A stretch of DNA of 64,000 bases from Synergistaceae bacterium UBA6101 (GCA_002428495.1 DIWR01000024.1:71631-135630), one strand, 5' to 3'. Positions 1-8,862 are shown, counted from the first letter of the stretch. Numbers and translations are program-made. The notes: generated from the sequence alone by a model not told the origin.

Positions 1-636
1 AGAGAAAACTTGAAAGCATGGCCTGACCCGTTTGGAGTTGACAGGCGTGTGATACGTACAAAGGAAGATCTTTTCTGCAAATCGGGCGGTCTGGCAGTGA
101 TGCGGGGTAACCTTGCTCCGGGGACAGGCATAACAAAGCCCATCGCAATGGATCCGTCGATGTACCTTTTTTCCGGACCTGCAAGAGTCTTTGATTGCGA
201 AGAAGATGCGAACCGGGCGATCCTTGACGGGAATATAAAAGAGGGCGATGTCCTTGTCATCCGTTACGAGGGCCCGAAGGGCGGCCCCGGAATGCGTGAA
301 ATGTATTTCGCCATGAAACTGCTTTACGGCAGAGGCCTTGCAAAAAAGACCGCAATAATTACAGACGGCCGTTTCTCCGGAACCAACAACGGCTGTTTTG
401 TCGGCCATATCTCCCCCGAAGCCGCCGAAGGCGGCCCCATAGCCGCGGTCAGGGACGGAGACATCATCACTATAGATGTTGAAAATAAAAAACTCGATGT
501 CGACCTCTCCCCCGAAGAACTGGAAGCCCGCCTCAAAGACTGGAAAAGGCCCCCTCAGAAAGAACTGAAAGGCATCCTCGGCATATACGCAAAACTGGCC
601 GCCTCAGCAGCAGAAGGCGGAATGATGAAGGCCTAG
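1..636 (+). CDS. ilvD: dihydroxy-acid dehydratase, C-terminal part (5' end outside window)
   Basis: Frame is open from base 1. Translation carries IlvD/Edd signatures (VIRYEGPKGGPGMREM, ITDGRFSG, GHISPEAAEGGPIA). TAG stop at 634-636. Confidence 0.9.
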   Translation, partial: RENLKAWPDPFGVDRRVIRTKEDLFCKSGGLAVMRGNLAPGTGITKPIAMDPSMYLFSGPARVFDCEEDANRAILDGNIKEGDVLVIRYEGPKGGPGMREMYFAMKLLYGRGLAKKTAIITDGRFSGTNNGCFVGHISPEAAEGGPIAAVRDGDIITIDVENKKLDVDLSPEELEARLKDWKRPPQKELKGILGIYAKLAASAAEGGMMKA

Positions 637-649
637 GGTAATAGTAAAA

Positions 650-979
650 TTACAGGATCTCGATCTCTGAACAGATCACGTCGACGACCCTCTGCAGAAT
701 ATCCCGGGGCAGCTTCTCAACGATCCTGAAGTGTCTTCTGTTTATGTCGAGTGATTTGACATGTTCGCAAAGTATGACTCCGGCGGTTTGGGTCCTATCG
801 TCAAGCCTTATATGAAGGGGGAATTCATTGTCTGTGTTAGTTACGGGGCATACAATAGCCATGCTGGTCTTACTGTTGAAAAAGTTGTTGCTGACTACTA
901 ATGCAGGCCTGTACCCTGCCTGTTCGTGCCCGGCATGAGGATCAAAATTAAGCATAATGATATCGCCCTGGCTTACCAT
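650..979 (-). CDS. mazF: MazF/PemK-family type II toxin (endoribonuclease)
   Basis: 109 aa with GDII..NFDP..GHEQAGYRPALVVS and CPVT motifs typical of PemK/MazF. Overlaps the upstream antitoxin gene by 7 nt. Confidence 0.85.
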   Translation of the reverse strand: MVSQGDIIMLNFDPHAGHEQAGYRPALVVSNNFFNSKTSMAIVCPVTNTDNEFPLHIRLDDRTQTAGVILCEHVKSLDINRRHFRIVEKLPRDILQRVVDVICSEIEIL

Positions 980-1221
980 ACTTCCTTACCTACAGGTCCA
1001 CCCCAGTCGATCTCGGTCGGTTCGTACTCACCTTTATATCCCTCAAAAAGCTCAATTATATTCTGACGTTTTTTTTGAGGTTCAGCTTTCGTTATTACAA
1101 TGCAGTTGCCCTGTGCGGAAATATTGACGGTACTCTCCTTGTCAATTTCCGCTTCTCTCAGAATATCCAGAGGAAGCCTTATTCCCTGGCTGTTCCCCCA
1201 TTTTTTGATTATAGTAAGCAT
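973..1221 (-). CDS. mazE: MazE-like antitoxin (SpoVT/AbrB domain)
   Basis: MLTIIKKWGNSQGIRLP AbrB-type motif. I place the start at ATG 1221 (GAGGTG SD 6 nt upstream) rather than ORF-track 1266. Translationally coupled to mazF. Confidence 0.8.
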   Translation of the reverse strand: MLTIIKKWGNSQGIRLPLDILREAEIDKESTVNISAQGNCIVITKAEPQKKRQNIIELFEGYKGEYEPTEIDWGGPVGKEVW

Positions 1222-1233
1222 TCTCATCACCTC

Positions 1234-1255
1234 ATGTATATACAAGTATATACAT
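1234..1255. promoter_or_regulatory. 22-bp perfect palindrome, probable mazEF operator
   Basis: ATGTATATAC-AA-GTATATACAT lies directly upstream of the mazE SD. Confidence 0.45.
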
Positions 1256-1361
1256 AACTTGAACACGTGTCAAAATAAGCATTTATGCATATCGATGGAT
1301 GTCGATGTTATAGTATATTGTTCGTGGAAATTAAAAGCAGTTTTACGGGGGAGTGGTATAG

Positions 1362-1583
1362 ATGTGGTGGGGAACAGCAGCAAATGGATACGGAATGCCA
1401 TTTGGGATGTTTATGATGCCGTTGTTCTTTCTGATAATAGTCGTGATCCTCTTTTACGCATTCAGCCACAGAAAGAATGAGTTTGAGAGTCATCGGCCGG
1501 GAAGCTTCAGCGACAGTGATGATATCTTGAAGGAATTGCGGGAGATAAAAGAAGAGCTCCGTGATTTGAAGAAAGACAGCTAA
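1362..1583 (+). CDS. small membrane protein, function unknown
   Basis: 73 aa with a GGGGGAG SD about 8 nt before the ATG. One hydrophobic helix (MPLFFLIIVVILFYAF) and a charged C-terminal helix. Followed directly by a strong terminator. Confidence 0.6.
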   Translation: MWWGTAANGYGMPFGMFMMPLFFLIIVVILFYAFSHRKNEFESHRPGSFSDSDDILKELREIKEELRDLKKDS

Positions 1584-1627
1584 CAAAAAAGCGGCTTCAG
1601 GGGATCCATCCCGAAGCCGCTTTTTTG
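1584..1627. terminator. bidirectional intrinsic terminator
   Basis: GCGGCTTC...GAAGCCGC stem flanked by an A-run (1584-1590) and a T-run (1621-1626). Sits between convergent genes. Confidence 0.7.
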
Positions 1628-1665
1628 CCTCTTTGATATAGATCAACAGACTGAAATATTATCAT

Positions 1666-2793
1666 TTAACGATCTGGCACGAATGTAAGTTTTGTCCTTC
1701 GCGTACCTTGATTAGCCGTACTCCAGGAAATATGTCCGTCATTTGCCAGTCTTCCCCAAACAATTCCGGGGTGGATATCTATGTTTTTTGCAAATTTTGA
1801 TACACTTGCGTCAGAAAAATCAGAAGTGCCTCCGATAAAATATTTGTATTCGTCAGGCGGGATCAATGTGTCGGCGGAATATTGGTCGGCCTCTTTCTCC
1901 CTCTGCTTTTCTTCTTGAATCATGCTGATATCGTTTTCTCCGTGAGATATGTAGTTGATCAGGATATTCTTTTTTGTGTGACCGAGGATTATATGTCCGA
2001 TTTCATGGAAGAAAGAAAACCAGAAAATATCTGCATGTACACCCCTCGTGCTGAGGTTTATATGTACCTTCTCAGGGGAGAGCCATCTGGTCGAGCCATG
2101 TACATATGTCCCTTTGAGATGAGGCAGCAGCGTAACGGCAATCCCGGCAGATGCACATATCTCTCTTAGGTTTTTGTAAATATCCACTGTACATAAAGTA
2201 AGGGCTCTTAATTGGGGAATGATAGATTTCAAAGTTTTATGTGAAAATGGTTTTGTTTCGATCCTCCGACATATGTTTTCACCCTGCTGCAACCATGCAG
2301 CAAGAGCAATTACAGATGGATCAGCGATCACGGCATGACGAAAATTCGCCGCGTATGGGAGGTCAGGAAAATATTCTAAGGACCCAACATTAAAAAAATT
2401 TCTGAGATTAACAACTTTTTCTTCTTTTTTTCTTGTTGCAGGGACCCATCTATACTTTGCCATTTCAGCATAGCAGGAATATTGATCCAAAAGTTCCGTC
2501 TCTTTTGTTATCTGTTTTTTTTCTATTATCCTGGCAAGCTTTGCCTGGTAATTGGCCTCTAAATTTAACCAATAGCCAGCTTCAGGCTCGAAAATATTCT
2601 CCAGAGCCAAAGCGGTTTTGGGTGAGACAGGTGCCTTTCCCTTAATGATTTCGTTTACGGTTTTGCAGGTCATCCCAAGCCTTGCGGCCAGGTCTTTCTG
2701 TGTCATATGGTAATACTCAAGGAGTTCACTGAGAGTTTCTCCGGGTGGAACGGCATAATCAGATTCCCCATAAAATATTTTTTTATCAGCCAT
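1666..2793 (-). CDS. HigA-type HTH antitoxin fused to an ImmA/IrrE (COG2856) zinc-metallopeptidase domain
   Basis: N-terminal XRE/HigA HTH (VPPGETLSELLEYYHMTQKDLAARLGMTCKTVNEIIKGK) and C-terminal HEXXH motif (FFHEIGHIILGH). Overlaps the upstream toxin gene by 8 nt. Confidence 0.8.
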   Translation of the reverse strand: MADKKIFYGESDYAVPPGETLSELLEYYHMTQKDLAARLGMTCKTVNEIIKGKAPVSPKTALALENIFEPEAGYWLNLEANYQAKLARIIEKKQITKETELLDQYSCYAEMAKYRWVPATRKKEEKVVNLRNFFNVGSLEYFPDLPYAANFRHAVIADPSVIALAAWLQQGENICRRIETKPFSHKTLKSIIPQLRALTLCTVDIYKNLREICASAGIAVTLLPHLKGTYVHGSTRWLSPEKVHINLSTRGVHADIFWFSFFHEIGHIILGHTKKNILINYISHGENDISMIQEEKQREKEADQYSADTLIPPDEYKYFIGGTSDFSDASVSKFAKNIDIHPGIVWGRLANDGHISWSTANQGTRRTKLTFVPDR

Positions 2794-3127
2794 GATAATC
2801 TTTGACCTCCAGGATGAAAATTTCTGTTACCTTGCTCCAATCAAGGCCCCCGCTTGGCAGTTTCGGGACAGGGTCATGATTTGGCATAAAAATCAGCCTC
2901 ATTTTTCCATTTAGGACTACGCTTAACTGTCCTGCTCTGTTGTTGGAAAATTCGTGACACCTTGCCGGAGGTAGCTTGCTGATATCTTCAAGAGATAAGG
3001 CGGCTTCAAATTCTGTTATGCGCAATCTGACTTTATCTGCAATTGTTTTTCCCCATTTTTTATTGCCTTCAATGGTATTCAAACAGGTTTTGAGCAGTGT
3101 GTTCGTAGAGTAGTATACCTTCATCAC
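2786..3127 (-). CDS. higB: HigB-like toxin (plasmid maintenance system killer family)
   Basis: 113 aa. Pattern KKWGKTIADKVRLRITEFEAA..L.D......CHEFSNNRAGQLSVVLNGKMRLIF matches the HigB/killer-protein family. Toxin-first order as in higBA. GGAGG SD. Confidence 0.7.
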   Translation of the reverse strand: MMKVYYSTNTLLKTCLNTIEGNKKWGKTIADKVRLRITEFEAALSLEDISKLPPARCHEFSNNRAGQLSVVLNGKMRLIFMPNHDPVPKLPSGGLDWSKVTEIFILEVKDYHG

Positions 3128-3211
3128 AGTCCTCCGTCAAGATAATTATTAACCTATTATGTTAATAAAAATATTAATGACTTTTTGTCAATATATACCT
3201 ATTAAGTTAAT
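3128..3211 (-). promoter_or_regulatory. higB promoter region with two direct operator-like repeats
   Basis: ACCTATTATGTTAAT (3152-3166) and ACCTATTAAGTTAAT (3197-3211) are 45 bp apart in an AT-rich tract. They flank a TTGACA (reverse complement of 3185-3190) -35 box read on the minus strand. Confidence 0.4.
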
Positions 3212-3435
3212 TGTAATCAAACATCTGGGCATAAACGGTATTGCTGATCCCTGTAATTTCATTTCAGAAATGGCAGTTACAAGAATGCATCAATTTAGCT
3301 AAAAAGCAAACTTTATGCAACTTTTGTGCTTGTTGCGGAGAATTATGAGAATGAGTCATAGACAGTCGATGCGATGCATCGTAAGTGCGCCTTTTAAAAG
3401 GGCAAAGTTTGGCATTTGTCTGCCGAAATATGGCA

Positions 3436-3468
3436 ACAAAAAAGCTCCGCAGGATTCCCGCGGAGCTT
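3436..3468 (-). terminator. intrinsic terminator after the tRNA-Tyr/tRNA-Thr unit
   Basis: On the minus strand, AGCTCCGC-gggaatcct-GCGGAGCT is followed by a T-run. Confidence 0.6.
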
Positions 3469-3478
3469 GTATTATCGC

Positions 3479-3554
3479 TGGAGCCGCCTCCCGGACTCGG
3501 ACCGGGGACCCCATCCTTACCATGGATGTGCTCTACCTACTGAGCTAAGGCGGC
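3479..3554 (-). tRNA. tRNA-Thr (anticodon GGU)
   Basis: The reverse complement folds as a 76-nt cloverleaf: GCCGCCT acceptor, TAGCTCAGTAGGTAGAGCA D-arm, anticodon loop ATGGTAA, GGTCCGAGTCC T-arm, encoded CCA. Confidence 0.93.
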
Positions 3555-3592
3555 AACCAATAATGCGGTAAGGGCATTTTGGACAAAAATAA

Positions 3593-3678
3593 TGGTGGTA
3601 GGAGCTGGATTTGAACCAGCGTAGGCTCTCGCCGACAGATTTACAGTCTGTTGCCTTTGACCACTCGGCCATCCTACC
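3593..3678 (-). tRNA. tRNA-Tyr (anticodon GUA)
   Basis: 86 nt with GGTAGGA/TCCTACC acceptor, anticodon loop CTGTAAA, long variable arm, GGTTCAAATCC T-loop and encoded CCA. Confidence 0.93.
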
Positions 3679-3718
3679 ACTCACATGAACCCGCACAGAG
3701 CAGTATTCACGGGAAAAC

Positions 3719-3746
3719 ATTCTACATTATATCTCCAGTTTGTCAA
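3719..3746 (-). promoter_or_regulatory. sigma70-like promoter for the tRNA-Tyr/Thr unit
   Basis: Minus strand reads TTGACA (3746-3741), N16, TAGAAT (3724-3719), about 35 nt upstream of the tRNA-Tyr 5' end. Confidence 0.5.
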
Positions 3747-4012
3747 GCCAGCACTTGGGGCAGCTGCACTCGGGCCAGCCAGCACTTGGGCGAAAATGTC
3801 CCGCTTTCTGACTGCGCTTAAATAGCGTCCTGTGCCGCTAGATGTGATGTTTATGCCTGTGTAATAAAGATATCTGTTTATGAAGAATTAAAACAATCCC
3901 TGTCTCTTATGATAGAATATGCGCACATGATGCCGGCACGAGAATGGACACTAATATATAACAGTTCCTGTTTTTGAAGCGCAGCTCATTGATAAAAAAT
4001 GAATATCAGCGT

Positions 4013-4172
4013 CTTTTAAGGGGGAATCCGGTGCAAATCCGGAGCGGCCCCGCCACTGTTACCCTTGATGGGAAGTCAGGCGACCCGAGAAAAGATGATG
4101 GATGTTATGCGCGGGCGTTGTTCATCCTCATTGTGTAAATTTATTGAGGAAGCCGTTCGGCTTCCTTTTTTC
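4013..4172 (+). promoter_or_regulatory. cobalamin riboswitch, compact form, with terminator expression platform
   Basis: Core AAGGGGGAATCCGGTGCAAATCCGGAGCGGCCCCGCCACTGT plus B12 box GGGAAGTCAGGCGACCCG, with only about 9 nt between them. GGAAGCC-gttc-GGCTTCC plus a T-run at 4148-4171, upstream of the btuF-like gene. Confidence 0.8.
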
Positions 4173-4201
4173 GTTGCCATACATAGAAAAGAGGTATTTC
4201 C

Positions 4202-5098
4202 TTGAAGAGGTCAAAGCTTTTTTTGTCCATAGTTTTTATAATGCTGATATTGCCGCCTGCAGCCTGGGCTTCTCCCAAAAAGATAATCTCGATGACTCCT
4301 GTCGGAACGGAGATCCTCTTTGCTCTTGGGCAGGGAGACAATATAATCGGCGTGACAAATTTCTGCGATTATCCTCCAGAAGCTACGAAAAAGCCTAAGA
4401 TGGGGGATTTTGCAGCCTTAAACTTTGAGATGCTGATGTCTATGAAGACCGACCTGCTCCTTCTTCAGGACATGCATATGCAGTTTACCCCTCAGCTGGA
4501 CAGGCTTAAGATACCCTACATCGTCATGAAACAGAACACCATAGATGAGGTATGCGATTCCATAACCAGGCTTGGAAAGATATGCTCGGCACAGGCCAAG
4601 GCGCAAAAACTGGTCTCCGGGATACGTGCGGACGTAAAACTGGTGACGTCAAAAGTCAAGGGGCTGGATAAGCCCAAAGTCCTTCTCTGCGTATCAAGGG
4701 AGCTTTCCGAGCACCAGATCAACAGCTTTTACGTTGCGGGCAACAACAATTTCTACGGAGAGATGATCGCGCTGGCAGGAGGAGAAAATGCTGTAACAGA
4801 GAAAAAAATATCCTACCCGCAGGTCTCGCTTGAAGGGCTGATGACAATAAACCCGAACGTGATCATAGACCTTGTCGGAGACAAGACTTTCTATCATTCA
4901 AAAGACAAAATAGATGTGGATACGATCTTCAATGAAAAATACCTTAAGGGCCAGTGGCAGAGAAGCGCCAAGGTCGACGCGGTCAACAAGGGAAGGATAT
5001 ACATAATGCAGGGTACTGTCTATCTCAGGCCGGGCGCCAGGTCTGGCATGATATTGAAGGCATTCGCAAAAGCGATACATCCGGAGGTCAAATGGTGA
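4202..5098 (+). CDS. ABC transporter periplasmic binding protein, BtuF/FhuD-type (corrinoid or iron-chelate)
   Basis: TTG start after an AGAGG SD, with a signal peptide. IISMTPVGTEILFALGQGDNIIGVTNFCDYP resembles BtuF-like binding proteins. Lies downstream of a B12 riboswitch. Confidence 0.8.
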   Translation: MKRSKLFLSIVFIMLILPPAAWASPKKIISMTPVGTEILFALGQGDNIIGVTNFCDYPPEATKKPKMGDFAALNFEMLMSMKTDLLLLQDMHMQFTPQLDRLKIPYIVMKQNTIDEVCDSITRLGKICSAQAKAQKLVSGIRADVKLVTSKVKGLDKPKVLLCVSRELSEHQINSFYVAGNNNFYGEMIALAGGENAVTEKKISYPQVSLEGLMTINPNVIIDLVGDKTFYHSKDKIDVDTIFNEKYLKGQWQRSAKVDAVNKGRIYIMQGTVYLRPGARSGMILKAFAKAIHPEVKW

Positions 5099-5889
5099 AC
5101 GAGCCTGATTTTCTCCATGTTGAAAGACTCTCGCTTGAACTGGGAGGAGCTCACATACTTGAGGACATCTCCTTTTCCCTCGGAAAAGGCAGATACCTTG
5201 GCATAATAGGTCCCAACGGCGCGGGCAAGAGCTCACTTCTCAAATGCATCGGCCGCCTTTATAAAAACTTTACGGGCCGGGTCTCGCTTGAAGGCAGTCC
5301 GCTCTCTTCCATTTCTGAAAAGGCGCTTGCCAGGAGGATAGCCTGGGTGCATCAGACAGGCTCAGATTCGCTTCCCTTCACGGTCAGGGAGTTTGCGCTA
5401 ATGTCACGCTATCCGTGGCAGAAGGCGATAGGAGGCGAGACTGTCGAGGACAGGTCGATAATAGACAGATCCCTTGATACGGCAGGGGTAATGAACATTG
5501 CAGACCGTCAGCTCAACAGCCTCAGCGGAGGCGAACGCCAGAAGGCGCTTATAGCAGCGGCCCTGGCACAGAGCACTGATATCCTTTTTCTGGATGAGCC
5601 CACGAGCTTCCTTGATTACAGGCATCAGGTCGAGACACTGGAACTTATCGAGAGGGTCAACAGAGACCAGGGGATGACGGTCCTCCTGGTGACACATGAT
5701 ATAAATCTTGCCCTTCACGGAGCGGACGAGATACTTGCCATAAAGCGCGGGAAAATGGTCTGGCAAGGCTACAGCGCGGAGCTTCTTGAAAATGACCTCT
5801 TGTCGGAGATATTCGACACGGAATTTGAAGGCTTTCGTTCAGAGGGACAGCTTATGCCCTATGTAGCACCGAGGGGGTTTGTAAGATGA
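5092..5889 (+). CDS. ABC transporter ATP-binding protein (BtuD/FepC type)
   Basis: Walker A GPNGAGKSS, signature LSGGERQ, Walker B ILFLDEP. I place the start at ATG 5092, overlapping the preceding stop (ATGGTGA), rather than ORF-track 4954. Confidence 0.85.
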   Translation: MVNEPDFLHVERLSLELGGAHILEDISFSLGKGRYLGIIGPNGAGKSSLLKCIGRLYKNFTGRVSLEGSPLSSISEKALARRIAWVHQTGSDSLPFTVREFALMSRYPWQKAIGGETVEDRSIIDRSLDTAGVMNIADRQLNSLSGGERQKALIAAALAQSTDILFLDEPTSFLDYRHQVETLELIERVNRDQGMTVLLVTHDINLALHGADEILAIKRGKMVWQGYSAELLENDLLSEIFDTEFEGFRSEGQLMPYVAPRGFVR

Positions 5890-6872
5890 AGCGCATGGCC
5901 ATGCCCTTGCTCTTTATCTTCTCACTCGCGGTAGTTGCTGTTGCGCCCTTTATCGGCATGCAGCAGATAAACATCTACGACCTATTGGGCGGCGGAGACG
6001 AGAATATCATGCGGATCATGTGGGATCTGAGGCTGCCTCGAGTACTGCTGGGGTGGATCACCGGCTCGACTCTGGCCCTCTGCGGCCTGATCTTCCAGGC
6101 CCTTTTCAGAAACCCGCTTGCTTCTCCTGATATGCTCGGAGTTTCTACCGGAGCTGCATTTGGAGCTGTCGTATACATAAGGACCGGCATAGTATTCTCC
6201 CTCTTCAATGCAGTCTCGGGACTCTCACTTGCAGCCTTTGTGGGCGCGCTGGCAGCGACTTTTGCCATATATGCGGCGGGCAATCTGAGGCGGGGAGGCA
6301 TGTCCGAGGCTACACTCCTCCTTGCAGGAGTTGCGATGAGCTTCCTTTTTGGAAGCCTTAACATGATAATCCAGTTCACAGGAGGTTACATTGATACGTT
6401 CAGGATGATGAGATGGTCGATGGGAGGCATACAGGCTGTCGGGTTCGCCCCTGTCTTCGCCACATTGCCTGCACTGGCAGTCATCTTCGCGATAGCCTTT
6501 ATAACAGCACCTGAGCTGAACCTCTTTGTCTGCGGCGAGGACATTGCGGCAAGCCGTGGAGTCTCGGTGGTTAAGCTCAGAAGGCTTCTTTTCTTCTCTG
6601 TATCGATAGTTATAGGCATCAATGTCGCAACATGCGGCCCGATAGGATTTGTCGGACTTCTTGGGCCTCACATATGCAGAAAATTTGTGGGAACTGACCA
6701 CAGAAAGCTTGCAGTGGCATCCCTGCTCTTCGGAGGCGCATTTCTTGTGCTGTGCGACACGGCGGCCAGGATGCTCTGGGCTCCGGCGGAAGTTCCTGTC
6801 GGTGTCCTTACTTCGTGCATAGGATCCATATTCTTCCTGTGGCTTCTAGTAAGGGCTAAACGTAATTTCTGA
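5886..6872 (+). CDS. ABC transporter permease, FecCD/BtuC family
   Basis: 328 aa polytopic membrane protein with FecCD-type motifs (DLRLPRVLLGW, GPIGFVGLLGPHI). 4-nt overlap with the ATPase gene. Confidence 0.85.
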   Translation: MKRMAMPLLFIFSLAVVAVAPFIGMQQINIYDLLGGGDENIMRIMWDLRLPRVLLGWITGSTLALCGLIFQALFRNPLASPDMLGVSTGAAFGAVVYIRTGIVFSLFNAVSGLSLAAFVGALAATFAIYAAGNLRRGGMSEATLLLAGVAMSFLFGSLNMIIQFTGGYIDTFRMMRWSMGGIQAVGFAPVFATLPALAVIFAIAFITAPELNLFVCGEDIAASRGVSVVKLRRLLFFSVSIVIGINVATCGPIGFVGLLGPHICRKFVGTDHRKLAVASLLFGGAFLVLCDTAARMLWAPAEVPVGVLTSCIGSIFFLWLLVRAKRNF

Positions 6873-6906
6873 TCATCTGGATATGAAAAGACGGGAGAGA
6901 TCATAA

Positions 6907-7533
6907 TTGCTTGAGTACATGAGATCTGGCGGAATAATAATGTGGGTGATCGCGGCGCTTTCTGTAGTCGCTATGGCGGTAGTTGTGGAGAGGCTGCTCT
7001 TTTTCAGGAGCGCTTCCACAAACCCGGAGACGCTTGAGGAAGCCTTTGGGAAAGCAGTATCAGAGAAGAACATCGACGAGGCAAGAAAAGTTGTCAGGTC
7101 ATCGCAGAGTTCTCTTCACAGGCTTTTCTTCGCGGCCTTTGCACATTGGGGCGTTGGAAGGGAGGACATGAAGCTCCTTGTCGAGCAGCAGGTCCGCCGT
7201 GAGGTCTACCGGTGGGAAAAGCACCTATTCATCCTTGAGATAGTAGGGAAGACAGCCCCGTTGCTCGGACTTCTCGGAACAGTGCTTGGAATGGTCGAGA
7301 TGTTCCAGTCTCTGCATCTCGGAGGCCAGATAAACGCAGCGACTGTTACAGGAGGCATCTGGAAGGCCCTCTTTACGACTGTCGCGGGACTGACTGTTGC
7401 GATCCCTGTGATATTTGCTCACGGACTCCTGCTGTCCCGCATAGACAGCGAAGAAGAAACGCTCAACAGAGGAGCCGACTATCTGATAAGGGAACACTTC
7501 ACAAGTCATGGTGGGGAAAGTGCGAAGGCGTAA
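6907..7533 (+). CDS. exbB: MotA/TolQ/ExbB proton-channel protein
   Basis: Conserved C-terminal TAPLLGLLGTVLGMVEMF and LFTTVAGLTVAIP helices. Followed by exbD and tonB. Confidence 0.85.
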   Translation: MLEYMRSGGIIMWVIAALSVVAMAVVVERLLFFRSASTNPETLEEAFGKAVSEKNIDEARKVVRSSQSSLHRLFFAAFAHWGVGREDMKLLVEQQVRREVYRWEKHLFILEIVGKTAPLLGLLGTVLGMVEMFQSLHLGGQINAATVTGGIWKALFTTVAGLTVAIPVIFAHGLLLSRIDSEEETLNRGADYLIREHFTSHGGESAKA

Positions 7534-7903
7534 ATCAGGGCGTTTTGCAGACATAGATGTTACGCCCCTCATAGACATACTGTTTATGCTTATAATCTTT
7601 TTTGTCCTGACTGCAACATTCATTCAGGGCAAACTTGATATTGACCTCCCATCGGGAGATGGAGAGACCTCAGATTTGAAGCGTGCCCTGACCCTTACTG
7701 TGGAAAAGGACGGGGCGATATTTTGGGACGGGGTCAAGGTCTCGAAGGAAGAACTGCCGCAACTTGCCAAAGCTGCAGGAGAGCGGGAGATACTTATTGC
7801 AGGGGATAAAAACGCTCCTTACGGCAGAGTTGCAGAAGTACTCTCCATACTCCGAAAAGTAGGTATAACTTCAGCAGGTCTTCTAATGGAGGGCGAAAAC
7901 TGA
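7508..7903 (+). CDS. exbD: biopolymer transport protein ExbD/TolR
   Basis: N-terminal IDVTPLIDILFMLIIFFV motif and a periplasmic domain. 131 aa. Confidence 0.85.
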   Translation: MVGKVRRRKSGRFADIDVTPLIDILFMLIIFFVLTATFIQGKLDIDLPSGDGETSDLKRALTLTVEKDGAIFWDGVKVSKEELPQLAKAAGEREILIAGDKNAPYGRVAEVLSILRKVGITSAGLLMEGEN

Positions 7904-7905
7904 TA

Positions 7906-8592
7906 ATGAACGAGTCCAGTGAGAGGTTTTTCTGGGTCATAGCGCTCACATTGAGCATTACAGCGCATGCCGCATTTGTGCTGCTGATGCCCGGTGCCGC
8001 TGCGAAGCCCGATATAAAGCCGATCATGAGAGTCCGCCTGGCAATGGCCGAGAAAAAGAGTGCACCGGCTCCTGTACCGGTTCCGATAAGGGAAGAGGAT
8101 CCGGCTGAGAAAAAGACCGTCCTCAAAAAAGAGGCTGTCCCCAAAAAACAGCCTCAAAAAAAGCCGGAGCCTGTAAAGGCAGTAAAAACACCGCCTGAAA
8201 AGGCTCCCGTGCAGGAAGTTCAGGCAGTTGCAGGGACCGCAGACAGCAAGGCGGGGACTCCTGTAAATGCAACGAACGATGCAGTCCTTACAGATAACCT
8301 TCCGGCGTCGCCTCCTCAGGCTCGGCCGGAAAGGGTCGTCGAACTGGATACCCTCGAAGTCGTAAAAAAAGTCCTGCCGGACTACTCATCTTTTTCAAGA
8401 AAACGTAAAGAAGAGGGAACGGTAAAAATAATAGCAACTGTGACAGGCGGGAGAGTCGTAAACGCAGAGATCGAGAGTTCAAGCGGCTTCCAAAGGCTTG
8501 ACGAAAGCGCACTGCGCGCCGTCAGGCAGTGGCTGTTCAAAAACAGCGGCACAGTCCGTGTCAGAGTGCCCGTGACCTTTAGACTTAAGTAG
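7906..8592 (+). CDS. tonB: energy transducer TonB
   Basis: N-terminal anchor, Pro/Lys/Glu-rich spacer (PAPVPVPIREEDPAEKK...KKPEP), and C-terminal TonB domain (EGTVKIIATVTGGRVVNAEIESSSGFQRLDESALRAVRQW). Confidence 0.8.
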   Translation: MNESSERFFWVIALTLSITAHAAFVLLMPGAAAKPDIKPIMRVRLAMAEKKSAPAPVPVPIREEDPAEKKTVLKKEAVPKKQPQKKPEPVKAVKTPPEKAPVQEVQAVAGTADSKAGTPVNATNDAVLTDNLPASPPQARPERVVELDTLEVVKKVLPDYSSFSRKRKEEGTVKIIATVTGGRVVNAEIESSSGFQRLDESALRAVRQWLFKNSGTVRVRVPVTFRLK

Positions 8593-8602
8593 ATGGCGAG
8601 GT

Positions 8603-8862
8603 GCAGGACGCGGTCCTGCCGGGGAGTCTATTGGGAATCGTTGGGAATCAATTGCAAATCGGTAGTTTAAAAATCGTGACTGAGCAATTGCTAAGATTTT
8701 AGAGCATGTCAAACGATCGTTAAAATTAAGGTACTTCTTCTTAACCGTCGTCCCCGGACGATCCTTAACGGGGGCCCAGTGTCTTCGGTTCAAGTCTATC
8801 ACCGGCTTTAGGGCCAATACCCAAGCCGCTGGGCCCCCGATGAGAGCATTCGAGGGTGACGG
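8603..8862 (+). repeat. composite intergenic repeat, copy A (11-nt array plus hairpin block)
   Basis: GCAGGAC-gcg-GTCCTGC hairpin, then units ATTGGGAATCG TTGGGAATCAA TTGCAAATCGG ..., hairpin CCCCG(8752-8756)/CGGGG(8769-8773), and a tail CTGGGCCCCCGAT..GCATTCGAGGGTGACGG alignable to copies at 60433-61024 and 62845-63216. Confidence 0.6.

Noticed and set aside
3315-3720. ORFs 3315..3548(+) and 3517..3720(-)
   Set aside because: They overlap tRNA-Thr and tRNA-Tyr, so they are translation artefacts of the tRNA genes.
6907-7903. MotA/ExbB plus ExbD pair as a possible Zorya-like (ZorAB) defence module
   Set aside because: The pair is followed directly by a bona fide TonB and sits inside a B12-riboswitch transport operon. 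No ZorC/D/E-like large genes are present.
8621-8660. Similarity of the 11-nt array words (GGGAATCG..TTGCAAATCGG) to the cobalamin riboswitch core (GGGAATCCGGTGCAAATCCGG)
   Set aside because: The arrays lack the CCCGC-ACTGT junction and the B12 box and are simply periodic. The resemblance is limited to short words.
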